NCBI GenBank assembly: GCA_963772725.1
Contig: CAVYYI010000001.1
Coordinates: forward strand, 192,001-256,000
Length of the DNA: 64,000 nucleotides
Reading direction: 5' to 3'
Origin: an uncultured Phycisphaerales bacterium
GTDB taxonomy: Bacteria; Planctomycetota; Phycisphaerae; Sedimentisphaerales; Anaerobacaceae
A program made the translations under genes and the position numbers. Below the pieces are notes generated by a model that made no database searches, was not told the DNA's origin, and saw only the letters and a program-made list of their open reading frames with translations. This document shows, piece after piece, positions 63,096 to 64,000 of the stretch (position 1 is its first letter; each line of letters opens with the position of its first letter).

Positions 63096-63671
63096 TCATA
63101 ATCTCTTGCGTTTTTCTGGGTCGAGCCATCTGTCGGCGAAGGCCTTGTTCTTAATAGTGTCAGGCCAGCCTTTTTCCATCCAGCGTATGTACATGAACGT
63201 ATTGAACAGTTTGCCCCAGTCCTGGTTTATCACCGTTTCATAGAATATCGGCTTGAGGTTTTTAACGCCCTGCGAATAGGCATAGTCCAAAAGTATTTCC
63301 TGGCTTTTTCTCGTGAGGGTATCGAAGGGAGCAGCGGGATATTTTTTAGCCATGTATTTACGCAGCTCTTTGAGGGTTTTCGTCAGGTCTTTGCGCAACT
63401 GCTTTTCAGCTTCCTCTTTAGACCAGCCCTGGGAATAGTATTTCTTGTCCAGGACAGGCTGGCGATAACCTATTCTTCTGCCGATAGACAGAGAATAGGG
63501 ATAAAAACGGCCATCGCCTCTCATGCCAAAATCATTGGGATTCGTCGCGGATTTGATATAGTCCACAAATTCGTTTGATATAGTGAATTTGTCGGCGGAA
63601 GGCGGCGCAGCGGCACAGGAACTTAGCACTATCGTTCCAGCAATCGCAGTTAATATAAATATTTTTTTCAT
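63096..63671 (-). CDS. lipoprotein with lysozyme (GH24/T4-like)-resembling fold, possibly inactive
   Basis: Lipobox MKKIFILTAIAGTIVLSSC. The pattern IGY...GWSKEEAEKQLRKDL...FDTL...QEILLDYAYSQG...QDW resembles T4-type lysozymes, judged by eye. Confidence 0.5.
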   Translation of the reverse strand: MKKIFILTAIAGTIVLSSCAAAPPSADKFTISNEFVDYIKSATNPNDFGMRGDGRFYPYSLSIGRRIGYRQPVLDKKYYSQGWSKEEAEKQLRKDLTKTLKELRKYMAKKYPAAPFDTLTRKSQEILLDYAYSQGVKNLKPIFYETVINQDWGKLFNTFMYIRWMEKGWPDTIKNKAFADRWLDPEKRKRL

Positions 63672-63684
63672 TGTATTATCCCTT

Positions 63685-64000
63685 TCAGAATCTGAGTGTA
63701 ATAATTTCGGATTTTTGAATTTTCTGCTTAGCGGTTTCAACTTCAAAGACGCACTGGAAATCGCCTTTGCTTTCGTCAATATCAGACGAAAATTCATAAG
63801 GAAATACTGCATCGGTCTTTTCCTTCCACGGGTCATTTCCCTGCCGATATTTCAATTTCGCGGAAATAACATTTTCGGGGAGGGCATCGGTATAAACAAA
63901 AGATGAAGTAAGGCCCTTGCCCATCGTGATAAGCATGGCGGTAATTTTGCCGAAAGGAGCATCGGCTGTTACGAGACTTTCTTTACCCAGCGTTACAGCG
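63685..64000 (-). CDS. C-terminal part of a third domain-X paralog (runs off right edge)
   Basis: The reverse strand is open to the window end: ...LGKESLVTADAPFGKITAMLITMGKGLTSSFVYTDA...WKEKTDAVFPYEFS. It aligns to FGKMVGMVISFG...YTDA...DRIFPYEFS (protein D) and YGKVTGSIISF...DSTYPFEFT (protein B). Confidence 0.8.
   Translation of the reverse strand, partial: AVTLGKESLVTADAPFGKITAMLITMGKGLTSSFVYTDALPENVISAKLKYRQGNDPWKEKTDAVFPYEFSSDIDESKGDFQCVFEVETAKQKIQKSEIITLRF

Noticed and set aside
1..64000. tRNA/rRNA genes and known riboswitches
   Set aside because: None were recognised by eye. The intergenic regions are short and AT-rich. A covariance-model search was not possible.

Overview
Bacterial genomic window, most likely from a planctomycete (Phycisphaerae/Sedimentisphaerales-like). 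That assignment is an inference from the DUF1559-type prepilin paralogs, the PEP-CTERM protein, the dockerin-like tails and the DUF362 fusion. Many genes are split by single-base indels, which look like long-read consensus errors. The left part (~1-21.9 kb) holds a TPR gene running off the window, a STAS/SEC14 gene and an IS5-family element with 16-bp IRs and a 4-bp TSD. It also holds two divergent operons: xfp-ackA-HlyD-TolC-rbbA-ABC permease, and histidine phosphatase-glgP-ppk2-pgm-pgi. The right part (~22-64 kb) is a large polysaccharide/rhamnose-utilisation region: a PEP-CTERM protein, GH32, aldolase-rhaA-rhaT-GH106, a TPR plus PKD/beta-helix/RCC1 pair, three tandem prepilin-like cassettes, GH95, four giant modular dockerin-tailed proteins and an IS982-family element. 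The strongest signal is a conserved promoter architecture found seven times, plus partial copies. It consists of a CGyAAAAT direct repeat with an exact 21-bp period, whose proximal copy starts 12 bp before a sigma70 -35 box. This motif places the prepilin-like cassettes, the PEP-CTERM gene and the giant secreted proteins in one predicted regulon with rhamnose catabolism. Also notable are three paralogs of an unrecognised ~900-aa domain, domain shuffling among the giant proteins, and two apparent pseudo-enzymes (a GH16 with E->A at the nucleophile and a lysozyme-like lipoprotein).
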